Source: Candidatus Latescibacterota bacterium
GTDB taxonomy: Bacteria > Latescibacterota > UBA2968
Reading direction: 5' to 3'
NCBI GenBank assembly: GCA_038279365.1
Contig: JAYODI010000109.1
Coordinates: forward strand, 1 to 15,373
DNA length: 15,373 bases
A model generated the notes under the pieces. It made no database searches and was not told where the DNA came from. It saw only the letters and a list, made by a program, of their open reading frames with translations. This document shows, one piece after another, positions 1 to 8,700 of this stretch. How positions within the stretch are numbered: position 1 is the first letter of the stretch; every line of letters starts with the position of its first letter. The position numbers and the translations under genes were made by a program.

Positions 1-187
1 AAAAACATAAACCGCTTTTTAAAATCATTTTGAGAGAAAATACATTTACCATTTACAGATCACAGCCTGAATCATTCAAAACATCTGTACAGATTCGAAA
101 CCATCTTATTTTACAATCATTCGGAACAATCTAATCATTCACCAGAGAATATAAATCAAGTTGTTCTCAATGCCACAGACAAAAGCA

Positions 188-1210
188 TTACAACCACAAA
201 CCCTCATCAAACGTTACCCCAAAACCCGGTGCGTCACCCACAGTGATCTTGCCATTGATCACCTTAGGTTGCCCCTGCACAAATCCCATCCATGGTCGCC
301 CGCTTTCAGCCATTGGATTGGGATCTAACGCAGCAATCGCATGAAGTGACCAGACTTCTGACCCGCGATGTGGGCACACACGCAAACCATATTTTTTGCC
401 CAAATCATAAATTCGAATCAACTCTGTAAGCCCCCCGCACCAACACACATCGGGTTGAAAAATGGCATGCAAACGCTCACGCATCAAATGTTCAAATGCC
501 ACGGACGTATATTCGTGTTCACCACCGGCAATGGGCACAGGGCTTTCATCACGCAAACGGGCATAACCCGCCAAATCGTCACACCGGATGGGTTCTTCCA
601 ACCATCCCAAATTGTAATCAGCCACTTGTTTTGACAACTCTAAAGCGGTCTCCAACTCCCATCCCATAAACGCATCGGCCATCAGTTCAAAATCATCTCC
701 AAGCGTTTGACGCACCAACGCCACCTGAGCAATCGCCTCTTCAACAGGCATGCGCCCCATGTGCAACTTCAAGGCCTTAAATCCCTCCAACTTGCCGTCT
801 GCCACTTCTTGGGGTGACCAACCCGTTTTATACATCGGCAGCGTCATACCCGCTTGCCCACCCAACACTTCCACCAAGGGTTTGTTGTCGCGTTTACCAC
901 GCAAATCCCACAGTGCCAAATCAACGCCACTGATGGCCATAATCACCAATCCCTTTTGGCCATAAGCCAATGTACGCCGAAACATTTGATCCCAAAGACT
1001 TTCAACATCACGAGCATCTTTGCCCATCAAAAAGTCGCGCAACACCGTCTCAATCACATGAATACCCGCCAGCCCACCTCCGCCAACGCCATATCCACTC
1101 AACCCATCTTCGGTATCAATACGCACCAAAATTTGCCCCAATTGTGTACGCCAATCTGGAGGTGAACCTGGTGTTTCTGGCTGTACGGCTCTGATATTAA
1201 TAATTTTCAT
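188..1210 (-). CDS. Mandelate racemase/muconate lactonizing enzyme (enolase superfamily) acid-sugar dehydratase, L-rhamnonate dehydratase (RhmD)-like
   Basis: 340 aa. N-terminal capping domain (ILVRIDTEDGLSGYG; AISGVDLALWDLRGK). Metal ligands in MADAF, WLEEP and GGEHE. QPDVCWCGGLTE...PHRGS closely resembles the RhmD subgroup. SD-like GAGGTGAGG lies just upstream of the ATG at 1210. Confidence 0.9.
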   Translation of the reverse strand: MKIINIRAVQPETPGSPPDWRTQLGQILVRIDTEDGLSGYGVGGGGLAGIHVIETVLRDFLMGKDARDVESLWDQMFRRTLAYGQKGLVIMAISGVDLALWDLRGKRDNKPLVEVLGGQAGMTLPMYKTGWSPQEVADGKLEGFKALKLHMGRMPVEEAIAQVALVRQTLGDDFELMADAFMGWELETALELSKQVADYNLGWLEEPIRCDDLAGYARLRDESPVPIAGGEHEYTSVAFEHLMRERLHAIFQPDVCWCGGLTELIRIYDLGKKYGLRVCPHRGSEVWSLHAIAALDPNPMAESGRPWMGFVQGQPKVINGKITVGDAPGFGVTFDEGLWL

Positions 1211-1226
1211 CCCTCACCTCTCATTC

Positions 1227-1258
1227 AAAAAAAAACCCGACAGCACACACTGTCGGGT
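1227..1258 (-). terminator. Rho-independent terminator downstream of the PilZ gene
   Basis: Perfect 9-bp stem ACCCGACAG (1235-1243) / CTGTCGGGT (1250-1258) with a 6-nt loop. The A-run at 1227-1235 gives a U-tract on the minus-strand transcript. Confidence 0.85.
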
Positions 1259-1277
1259 CTATAATTTCAAATTCATC

Positions 1278-1610
1278 TCAATCATTGCTTTGTGGCTCTT
1301 GCTGCTGTATTTGACCATCTTTATTTTTTTTGACATCGACCTCAAAAGCCCAGCCCGTCACAAAACCATCATTTTCATCAGGTTCTGCCCAAGCCAAACG
1401 TGCATCTACGCAAATCCTCAATTTCTCTACGGTATTTTTTTGATACCCACGTCCGTGAAAAATATCAAAATTACCTGTGCGGATTTGAATACCCGTTTCG
1501 CTAATATCCACCAACTCTATATCGTGATATGCTTGTCCATTCAGTTGCATCGGCACATTTAATTCATAGCGATTTGCACGACGTCGATCATCCCCCGAAG
1601 AAGATGCCAT
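1278..1610 (-). CDS. Stand-alone PilZ domain protein (putative c-di-GMP receptor), 110 aa
   Basis: RRRANR (RxxxR) and DISETG (DxSxxG) c-di-GMP motifs, plus a C-terminal 'ARLAW...VTGWAF' PilZ strand pattern. Start moved from 1655 to the ATG at 1610, which has AAGGAG (1623-1618) 7 nt upstream. Confidence 0.85.
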   Translation of the reverse strand: MASSSGDDRRRANRYELNVPMQLNGQAYHDIELVDISETGIQIRTGNFDIFHGRGYQKNTVEKLRICVDARLAWAEPDENDGFVTGWAFEVDVKKNKDGQIQQQEPQSND

Positions 1611-1658
1611 AAGGTAACTCCTTAATTGAAAACGCAATCTTAAATAAAATAACACCTA

Positions 1659-1687
1659 AAAATCGCAGATGAATTATCGCCTGTCAA
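1659..1687 (-). promoter_or_regulatory. Possible sigma70 promoter for the PilZ gene
   Basis: Perfect TTGACA (1687-1682), a 17-nt spacer ending in TGc, then GATTTT (a weak -10 with an extended TG motif). It lies in the AT-rich gap between the receiver and PilZ genes. Confidence 0.35.
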
Positions 1688-1711
1688 GTGGTATTTTATG
1701 CTACAAGGTGC

Positions 1712-2155
1712 TTAATTTTGTGCCACCCGTTGATCGTGTAAAACGACGGCCTTGTGTATCAATTGCAAGAGTGCAGCCATTTCAACAGGTTTATAAATAC
1801 AGAAATCAAACCCACTGGCTCGCTCATCGCCTTCATCTAAGTGCCAGCCAGTCATCAAAACGGTTACCAACGTCGGGTCTTCTCGTCGTAAACGTGCTTC
1901 TAATACATCACCGCGCATTTGGGTCATACCCAAATCAATCAATGCCACATCAAATTTACCCTTCACAAAAGCATCTTGGGCATTTTGGGGCGATGTATGA
2001 ATTTCAACATCGTAGATTTGTGACACAATGCGCCCGACAACATTGCATGTTATTTGGTCATCATCAACCAACAAAACACATCGTTTCTTTTGATATAAGG
2101 CAGCCTGTGCCGAATCGGCACCAAATAAAACCGCCGTGTTGTTTTGGTCGCTCAT
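1712..2155 (-). CDS. Single-domain response regulator (CheY-like receiver)
   Basis: LLVDDD acidic pocket, phospho-acceptor Asp in ALIDLGM, Thr in LMTG and KP in IYKPV. No output domain. GGGGA SD-like sequence upstream of the ATG at 2155. Confidence 0.9.
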   Translation of the reverse strand: MSDQNNTAVLFGADSAQAALYQKKRCVLLVDDDQITCNVVGRIVSQIYDVEIHTSPQNAQDAFVKGKFDVALIDLGMTQMRGDVLEARLRREDPTLVTVLMTGWHLDEGDERASGFDFCIYKPVEMAALLQLIHKAVVLHDQRVAQN

Positions 2156-2433
2156 AATTCCCCCGAATAAGTGACGACCCCTTTTTCATAAAAGGTCACA
2201 ATAATTTCATTGGCCAATGCAATTAGATTACAATTTAACACAAAAACCAACAAAAACCACCATACACAACTAAAAATTCTTATTTGTTTTATCTCAAAAA
2301 GCACATTATCATGATGTTTAACCATATATAAACCAAGAATTATCAACCCATTAAAAATTAACACCGTTAAACATATCCATAAGAGAATTTTATGTCGAAT
2401 TTTGATTTTTCTGCCGCAGAAAACCTGATTCAC
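2152..2433 (-). other. Doubtful 93-aa ORF with two hydrophobic segments; may be a small membrane protein or remnant, or just the divergent promoter region
   Basis: Its stop overlaps the receiver start (ATGA at 2155-2152). KIRHKILLW precedes the first TM-like stretch. Against it: a GTG start overlapping the divergent hydrolase by 42 nt, and T-rich DNA that readily gives hydrophobic translations. Confidence 0.25.
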
Positions 2434-3810
2434 ACCAAAATAAAAGAGATGGGCCTGTCATCGTTGGCGCTTGCCATTGCCCAAAACGATCACATGCTTT
2501 GGGAAACGGGATTTGGTTGGGCAAACCGAGCCAACCAACAACAAGCCAACGAACACACCGTTTATTCCTTGGCATCTATTTCCAAACCCATCACGGCAAC
2601 AGGCCTGATGATATTGGTGGAACGGGGGCTCATTGACTTAGATCGCCCCATCAATGACTATTTGGGCCATGCCAAACTTACCGCACATTTGGGTGACGTT
2701 GCCAATGCCACCGTAAGGCGTGTGGCCAATCACTCCTCTGGTTTACCGCTACATTGTCATTTCTTTTATGAAGACGAAGGCGTCGCACGTCCACACATGG
2801 ATGAAACCATTCGTCGATATGGCCACCTCATGATGCCACCCGGCGAAACCTATCAATATGCCAACAGCGGGTTTGGCCTATTAGAATATCTCATTGAGCG
2901 CATATCGGGGCAATCTTATGCAGACTTTTTACGCCAAGAAGTCTTCATTCCCCTCAATCTGCCCCGCACATCTGTTGACCTGCCCCAAGACCTGGCACCT
3001 TATGCAGCCACGCGTTATGCCCCCAATGGCGAACCCATTCCGTGGTATACCTTTGACCATCCTGGAGCCTCAGCCGTTTGGGCCAGTGCCCACGATCTTG
3101 TGCGCTTTGGCCTCTTTCACCTCAAAATGCACCTACCCGATCAAAAAGCCATCCTCACAGACGCATCCATTGACGAGATGCAAAAACCCACCGTACGCTC
3201 ATCGGAACAAAGCGGTTACGGCATTGGTTTTCGCGTAACCGAAAACGACGGTGGTTTCCTCACCACTGGGCACGACGGTGCAATGGGTGGGGTGCGCACC
3301 CGCCTCATACTCGTTCCCGAACACAACATTTCAGTAGCTGTACTGACCAATGGTGGTGGGCACAACGTGCCCATAGAAGTTGCTGCTGCACTCATCGATG
3401 TGCTCTTGCCGGGTCATGTTGAAAAACGTGCGCAACAACAGACCCCACCACAAGATCCACCCCAATGGTCTCCCCCCGATCACCTCTTAGGCACTTGGTC
3501 TGGTCACATTCACACCTACAACGGCGACCTCCCCCTTCATCTCACCTTTCAACCCGATGGTGATGTTCACGTCAAGCTCGCCAATCAAATGACCACCTTG
3601 CTCAACGATCCTCTCTTTCATGACGACACCCTCACAGGACGCTTCAATGCCGACATCGGCACCGACGACGCCAACAAACACCCCAATTATTTGCGTCTCA
3701 ACCTCAAACTGCGCAAAAACGCACTCAATGGCCCCACACACGTCATTTCCACACCGCGCAATCGCTCGGGCAATGCACTGAGCTATTGGACACAGGTTGA
3801 ACGAGAATAA
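2392..3810 (+). CDS. Serine hydrolase of the beta-lactamase class C / CubicO peptidase family with an extra C-terminal beta domain
   Basis: 472 aa. SxxK (ASISK), HSSGL, YxN (YQYANSG) and HxG (GHDGAMGG) motifs. A Pro/Gln linker (QQQTPPQDPPQWSPP) leads into a C-terminal domain starting 'LLGTWSG'. No evident signal peptide. Confidence 0.9.
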   Translation: MSNFDFSAAENLIHTKIKEMGLSSLALAIAQNDHMLWETGFGWANRANQQQANEHTVYSLASISKPITATGLMILVERGLIDLDRPINDYLGHAKLTAHLGDVANATVRRVANHSSGLPLHCHFFYEDEGVARPHMDETIRRYGHLMMPPGETYQYANSGFGLLEYLIERISGQSYADFLRQEVFIPLNLPRTSVDLPQDLAPYAATRYAPNGEPIPWYTFDHPGASAVWASAHDLVRFGLFHLKMHLPDQKAILTDASIDEMQKPTVRSSEQSGYGIGFRVTENDGGFLTTGHDGAMGGVRTRLILVPEHNISVAVLTNGGGHNVPIEVAAALIDVLLPGHVEKRAQQQTPPQDPPQWSPPDHLLGTWSGHIHTYNGDLPLHLTFQPDGDVHVKLANQMTTLLNDPLFHDDTLTGRFNADIGTDDANKHPNYLRLNLKLRKNALNGPTHVISTPRNRSGNALSYWTQVERE

Positions 3811-3912
3811 CCGCCTGATTCATTGCGTTGGGAACGATGTGATATCTGGCTATTCAGACAACACTTTCAAATCCAACACCTTACAAAAATGTCTACGTAA
3901 ATATTGTTTTAT

Positions 3913-3943
3913 TAAAAAACCGACTTAGTCAGTCGGTTTTTTA
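3913..3943. terminator. Bidirectional intrinsic terminator between the convergent hydrolase and amidohydrolase genes
   Basis: TAAAAAACCGACT-tagtc-AGTCGGTTTTTTA is a perfect inverted repeat with A/T tracts on both sides, directly after the amidohydrolase stop at 3945. Confidence 0.85.
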
Positions 3944-3944
3944 C

Positions 3945-4838
3945 CTACCCAAATCGCAAAAACTTCCGCGCGGCTTCTCCCATAATCAAATCGCGCTGTT
4001 CTGTCTCCAAATCGGGCAACAATTCATCAATCACCTTCACCAACTTTCCATAACCAGGGTCCTCTACAATCCACGGGAAATCGGTGGCCCACATGACCCG
4101 CTCTGCGCCAAACTTGCCCAAGAGCGTTCGGTGCCACTTTTCCAAATCTCTATAAGGCCAGTCTTCTTGGCTAAACGCATATTGCCCCGAAAACTTAACT
4201 GCCACATTGGGAAACTCGTGTAAACCCACCATAGAATAACGCGTGAGTGGCGGCATGGGCGTTTGAATACGAGGACGACCTTTGTCGTCGTGTGCAAACG
4301 CATCTTCGCCGGGGCAAACCATCAAGTGGTTAAACACCACGCGCACCTGTGGAAAAGCCTGTACCAAAAACGGAATTTGATGTGCATCTTTGGCACAACT
4401 ATAAAGCCAAATCACATAATCTTTTTCAGCGGCGTGTTTCCAAATCGGATACGTCGAAAACGTGGTCACATCCATCTTCGCCAAAGGGTCAATGGGGCCA
4501 CCCACTTCAAAAAGACGAAACCCAACAATATCACCTTGTTCAGCCAACCGATCCATATGAGACTCTGGCGCGTGCCAGATCTCTTTGGGAATCAGCCCAA
4601 TACCTCGAAACCGATTGGGGTATGTTTTGAGACAATGTTGCAAATATGTGTGGTGCGCAAGTTCAGGCCCACCAATTTGCACCAACATCGCCTGACCCAC
4701 ACCACTATTTTCCATCTGTGCCAACAACGCCTCAACCGGTGCTTCACCATCTTCAGGATATTGCGAAGACACGGTGCGCGGAAATTCCACTGATTTTTTG
4801 GCAAACACGTGAACATGTGCATCAACGATCATAGTCAC
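3945..4838 (-). CDS. Amidohydrolase superfamily protein (Amidohydro_2; LigI/sugar-lactonase-like COG3618 type)
   Basis: IVDAHVHVF (HxH), GFRL, VFNHL, AVKFSG and MWATDFP motifs. The start is either GTG 4838 or ATG 4832. Confidence 0.88.
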   Translation of the reverse strand: MTMIVDAHVHVFAKKSVEFPRTVSSQYPEDGEAPVEALLAQMENSGVGQAMLVQIGGPELAHHTYLQHCLKTYPNRFRGIGLIPKEIWHAPESHMDRLAEQGDIVGFRLFEVGGPIDPLAKMDVTTFSTYPIWKHAAEKDYVIWLYSCAKDAHQIPFLVQAFPQVRVVFNHLMVCPGEDAFAHDDKGRPRIQTPMPPLTRYSMVGLHEFPNVAVKFSGQYAFSQEDWPYRDLEKWHRTLLGKFGAERVMWATDFPWIVEDPGYGKLVKVIDELLPDLETEQRDLIMGEAARKFLRFG

Positions 4839-4885
4839 AATCTTTCTTTAAAAAAACGAAACTGCGAATCAAGGCATTAAAGTCC

Positions 4886-4920
4886 ATTCGTTTATTCGTC
4901 TATTCGTTTATTCGTCTATT
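4886..4920. repeat. Intergenic tandem octamer repeat (ATTCGTYT)x4 plus a partial copy
   Basis: ATTCGTTT-ATTCGTCT-ATTCGTTT-ATTCGTCT-ATT, i.e. a perfect 16-mer duplicated, immediately after the phyH-like stop codon. Confidence 0.9.
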
Positions 4921-4922
4921 TG

Positions 4923-5642
4923 CTACCTCGCATCCAAACTAAACAAACGTCTGCGATCGGGCGTGGCACATTTATCGGAAATATTCAGATAACGATCTGG
5001 GGCAACACGATCTTTGCTCCACTTTTCATAAATCAAAATAATCGACTTGCGCGGGTTTGGGGTCGTATTCACCATAGAAGTATGCCAACCATAAGAATTA
5101 AACAAGACCACATCACCAGCTTTGCCCGGATACACCTTGTGCCCCGGCATAGCATCTAAAGGGCGCACCACGGGGCAAGGTCCCGCATCGGGTTTGTGAC
5201 TGCCTGGTACATATCCAAATGCCCCACCATTGGCCGGCACATCATCTACATAAATTTGCACCTTCATATGTAACGGTGTTGTGTGTGGCACATCGGGGTG
5301 CCAACCCACATAACTGATGGGCAACACAGGCAGGGTCCTTACTTGAGGGGCAAGTATAATCAAATCTTCATCGGCAAAATCCATCAAATATCCGTACCAA
5401 CTGGGGTGGTCAATCAAATCGATAAACAAGTCGTCTTTTTCAAACGGATTTGGAATATCAAAATGTGCGGCTGGGCGCGTACCCTTTGCAATACCTTGCA
5501 ACCATTCGTCTTTTGCCTCTGCGGCACATCTGTCAAACAACGCTTGCAAACGCACCAATTCATCTCCAACAAGCGCGTTTTCTAAAAACAATACACCGTT
5601 GTCTTCCCACTCTTGTCGTTCGGCATCTGTTGGTCGTTTCAT
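4923..5642 (-). CDS. Phytanoyl-CoA dioxygenase (PhyH) family Fe(II)/2-oxoglutarate dioxygenase
   Basis: 239 aa. N-terminal 'WEDNGVLFLENAL', HxD in WHPD, 'NGGAFGYVPGSH', 'AGDVVLF', distal His in GWHTS and the 2OG-binding Arg in NPRKS. SD GGAGAAGG upstream of the ATG at 5642. Confidence 0.92.
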   Translation of the reverse strand: MKRPTDAERQEWEDNGVLFLENALVGDELVRLQALFDRCAAEAKDEWLQGIAKGTRPAAHFDIPNPFEKDDLFIDLIDHPSWYGYLMDFADEDLIILAPQVRTLPVLPISYVGWHPDVPHTTPLHMKVQIYVDDVPANGGAFGYVPGSHKPDAGPCPVVRPLDAMPGHKVYPGKAGDVVLFNSYGWHTSMVNTTPNPRKSIILIYEKWSKDRVAPDRYLNISDKCATPDRRRLFSLDAR

Positions 5643-5661
5643 CGCCTTCTCCTAAAATTTC

Positions 5662-5711
5662 AGTCTCAAGTCTCAGGCCAAATTATAAACGCCTATTGTT
5701 CACGTCTTCAC
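5662..5711 (-). promoter_or_regulatory. Possible promoter of the phyH-amidohydrolase unit, with a heptamer direct repeat at the presumed +1
   Basis: Perfect TATAAT at 5687-5682 with only a weak -35. TGAGACT-TGAGACT at 5675-5662 lies between the -10 and the SD. Confidence 0.35.
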
Positions 5712-5725
5712 AAAAGAAATCATGC

Positions 5726-8700
5726 TCATCGATAAACAACAAATTTCTCTTTCACCCGCACCTTTGACGCACCATCTTGGGCAGATATTGTATACAAGTA
5801 GGTGCCATTGGCCAAGGGGCGGCCTTTGTTGTCCAAACCCGTCCACGCGATTTGATTATAACCTGCCCGAGCAAACGGATCCTCTAAAAACGCAATCAAA
5901 CGCCCAGACAAAGTATAAACCCGCACCGCAGTCTCAGCAGGTCGCGACAAAATAAACGTGAAATGTGCATCTTGTGCCACTGGGTTTGGCGACACCAAAA
6001 CATTTTCAATAAACAAATCGGAAGTCACCTGAAATGCCAGTGTTTTTTGTGCTGGCCCATTACCCAATTTATCTGTGGCCAAGACCGTCAAAACATATCG
6101 ATCATCGACCAATGGCGCAGGTGCATAAACAAAAGACAAAGAATATGGTGTGACCTGCCTGTCTTCGATACGCCCAGATTCATAATCGCCGTCTATCAAC
6201 TCACCCGACCCTGAAAGAGAAAAACGCACGGAGCTTAAATTAATGCCTGCCGAATCGCGTACCGTCACACGAAATGTGGGTGACGCAGGCAAATAATCAT
6301 CTGCTCTTACCTCACCCAATGCATCTAAGGCCACAATGTCCACCAAAGGCACCGATGTATCATTGCTTGGAGTAATAATAACAGGATTGTCCAAAACAAC
6401 CTGACGGCCCACAAATGCAGGGCGATTTTGAAAATCTTCCAAACGTGCCGTCACAATATGTTGCCCAGCAAACTGCGCTGTTTGCCACACCCACCCCACC
6501 GTTGCCACATCACCCACCAATGTACGTTCGGGAATGGCCGCCCGCCCAATCAAGCGCCCTTGTGATGGATCACCCGCATAAAAAGCAACCGAAGTACCCA
6601 ATGCCAAATCCAAAGGTCCTCGATTTTGTACATTGACGGTTAACCGTACCGTTTGCAACTCCTGCACCACTGATGGTTCTGCTTGCAAATTAGAAAGCGC
6701 AATATCGGAAAGGGGCTGATAGTTTACAGTCCAGGTTTTTAAACCCGAAGATGCATTTAACCCTTCACCAAAAAATCGGGCACGTACTTTTAAACGCTGC
6801 GTGTTTACCCCCACACCTTTTAAGTCAATCGGTACAGACCCATCTAATGCTTGATAGGCAGGCAATGCCACAAACGTACCACGCTCGGTCTCACCCAACA
6901 AATCCACATCCACACGCCCACTGCCATCTAAAAACAACGACAAAGATTGCCACCCGCTCGATGGTCCAACAGGGATCGATGTCAACGTTCCAAAATCGGG
7001 CAAACGCCGTCCCAGATACTGATAAATACGAGGTCCATTTAATTGCCCCAACCAGATCCGATTGTTTGCCCAATCATATTGCCCCCCCAAAATATCCGTC
7101 GTAGCCTGATCACTTTCAAATTCTTCCACAAACGCACCCGTTTGTGCATCCACCACACGCACCCGATGTGTAAGACCCGTGCCAAATTCGATCAAATACA
7201 AAAACCGCCCATCGGCAATGATCCCATCGGTAAACAAATAACCAAAACCTGTTGACGTAGGGTCCACAACAAATTCTCGCACCAACTGCCACCCCGCAGA
7301 CGGGTCAAACACACGCACTGCCCACCCAGCACGGCGCACCCCATTGACACCTGACGAGACATTGTAAATATACGTGCCATCCGATGTGATCAAGGCGTGA
7401 TCATTAAACGTCAACCCACGCGCCAAATCCAACAACCCATCGGGCACAGCCACCGTATCCACATTGCCCGTTGCCGTTGAGATGCGAATCACCGAATGCG
7501 ATTGTCGATGCTCTGCATATACAAATCCATCGCTGTGATATGTAGCCGAAATACCATCCACAGAAACTTCTGCCAAAACCCCATAGTTTTGTCCAGCAAC
7601 AGTACCATTAAAACCTGTTCCAATGCGCTCAAACACATCCTTGCCAGGGTACAAATCTTGGCTGGAATAAAATCGTTTCACATATAAATAAGTGCCATCC
7701 GTACACAATGTGGCCGTTCCCAATACCCCACTTGCTGAAAATGAGGATTCTGCCGTGTTAAACCGAATAGGCGGTGGCGTTTGCACACGACGAACCACAC
7801 CCTCTAACAATGCCACATCTTGTGCCTCACCTTGCGCAAAGGCCGTGGTTCCATCTTGTTGCCAAACCACCGTGCGATCTGGTACACTGTTTGAGATCAC
7901 CACATTTTGCGCACCCGTCCAAGGACCAGCAATTTCACCCTCTATCAAACGTGCCCGCCAAAAGTAAGTGCCCAAAGTCAAACCCACGGGTTGCCAAAAC
8001 AACAACCCATTTGTGCCTGTCACCAAACCCGATCTTTGCACATCCACACCATCAAACTGAGGCGAGGCACTCAGTTCAAACTCGCCCAACAGATCCCCCT
8101 CACCCGTACCAGCGCGCACACCAAAACGCGCCCCACTGCCCGACACCGTTTGGCTGTTGTGTGGCAATGTGGGCACCGCGCTCAACGCACCCAAAACCTC
8201 AATATCTACCGATATACGGTTGTTTCCTTCATCACCTTCCACCACCACCTGATTCGGATCAAGCACAACCTCCAAGACATGTCTCCCCGCTCGGTTTTTC
8301 AAATCCCACAAAATGGCAACACTGTCTGTTTGTGCAAAACTTGGCAAGGCAACCCACAATAACGTATCCGTTTGCCCTGTGTCCAAATTGCGATCCATCA
8401 CCGCCAAATCCATAGGCCCCAAGTGGCGCAAGCCCCAATTCTCCACCTTAATGTCTACACGCACCGAATCACCCGTTGTCAAGTTACTCACCCGATCAAG
8501 TCGCAAGCCACTTTCTTCAATCACAAAATCGGGGCCACTCGGCAGTGCCAATGCTTGGGCAGGATCCCCCATCAAATTCATAGGCACAATGCCCCCTTCA
8601 AAAACGGGCAGTTGTGCCAACACATCCATCTTTGCCAATGCCAGTGTTTGCCCAATGGGCAAAACACGGTCTCCTAAAGCGCGTTTGAGCATCGCTGTAT

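Noticed and set aside
1611-1655. 15-aa N-terminal extension of the PilZ ORF
   Set aside because: It contains the AAGGAG SD for ATG 1610 and is AT-rich leader sequence.
1669-2157. 162-aa + strand ORF
   Set aside because: Antisense to the well-supported receiver gene and has no recognisable motifs.
2392-3810. Calling the hydrolase ampC (resistance gene)
   Set aside because: It has HDG rather than the KTG triad, no signal peptide and an extra C-terminal domain, which fits the broad serine hydrolase family.
4886-4920. Tandem repeat as a CRISPR array
   Set aside because: The unit is 8 bp with no spacers, and there are no cas genes.
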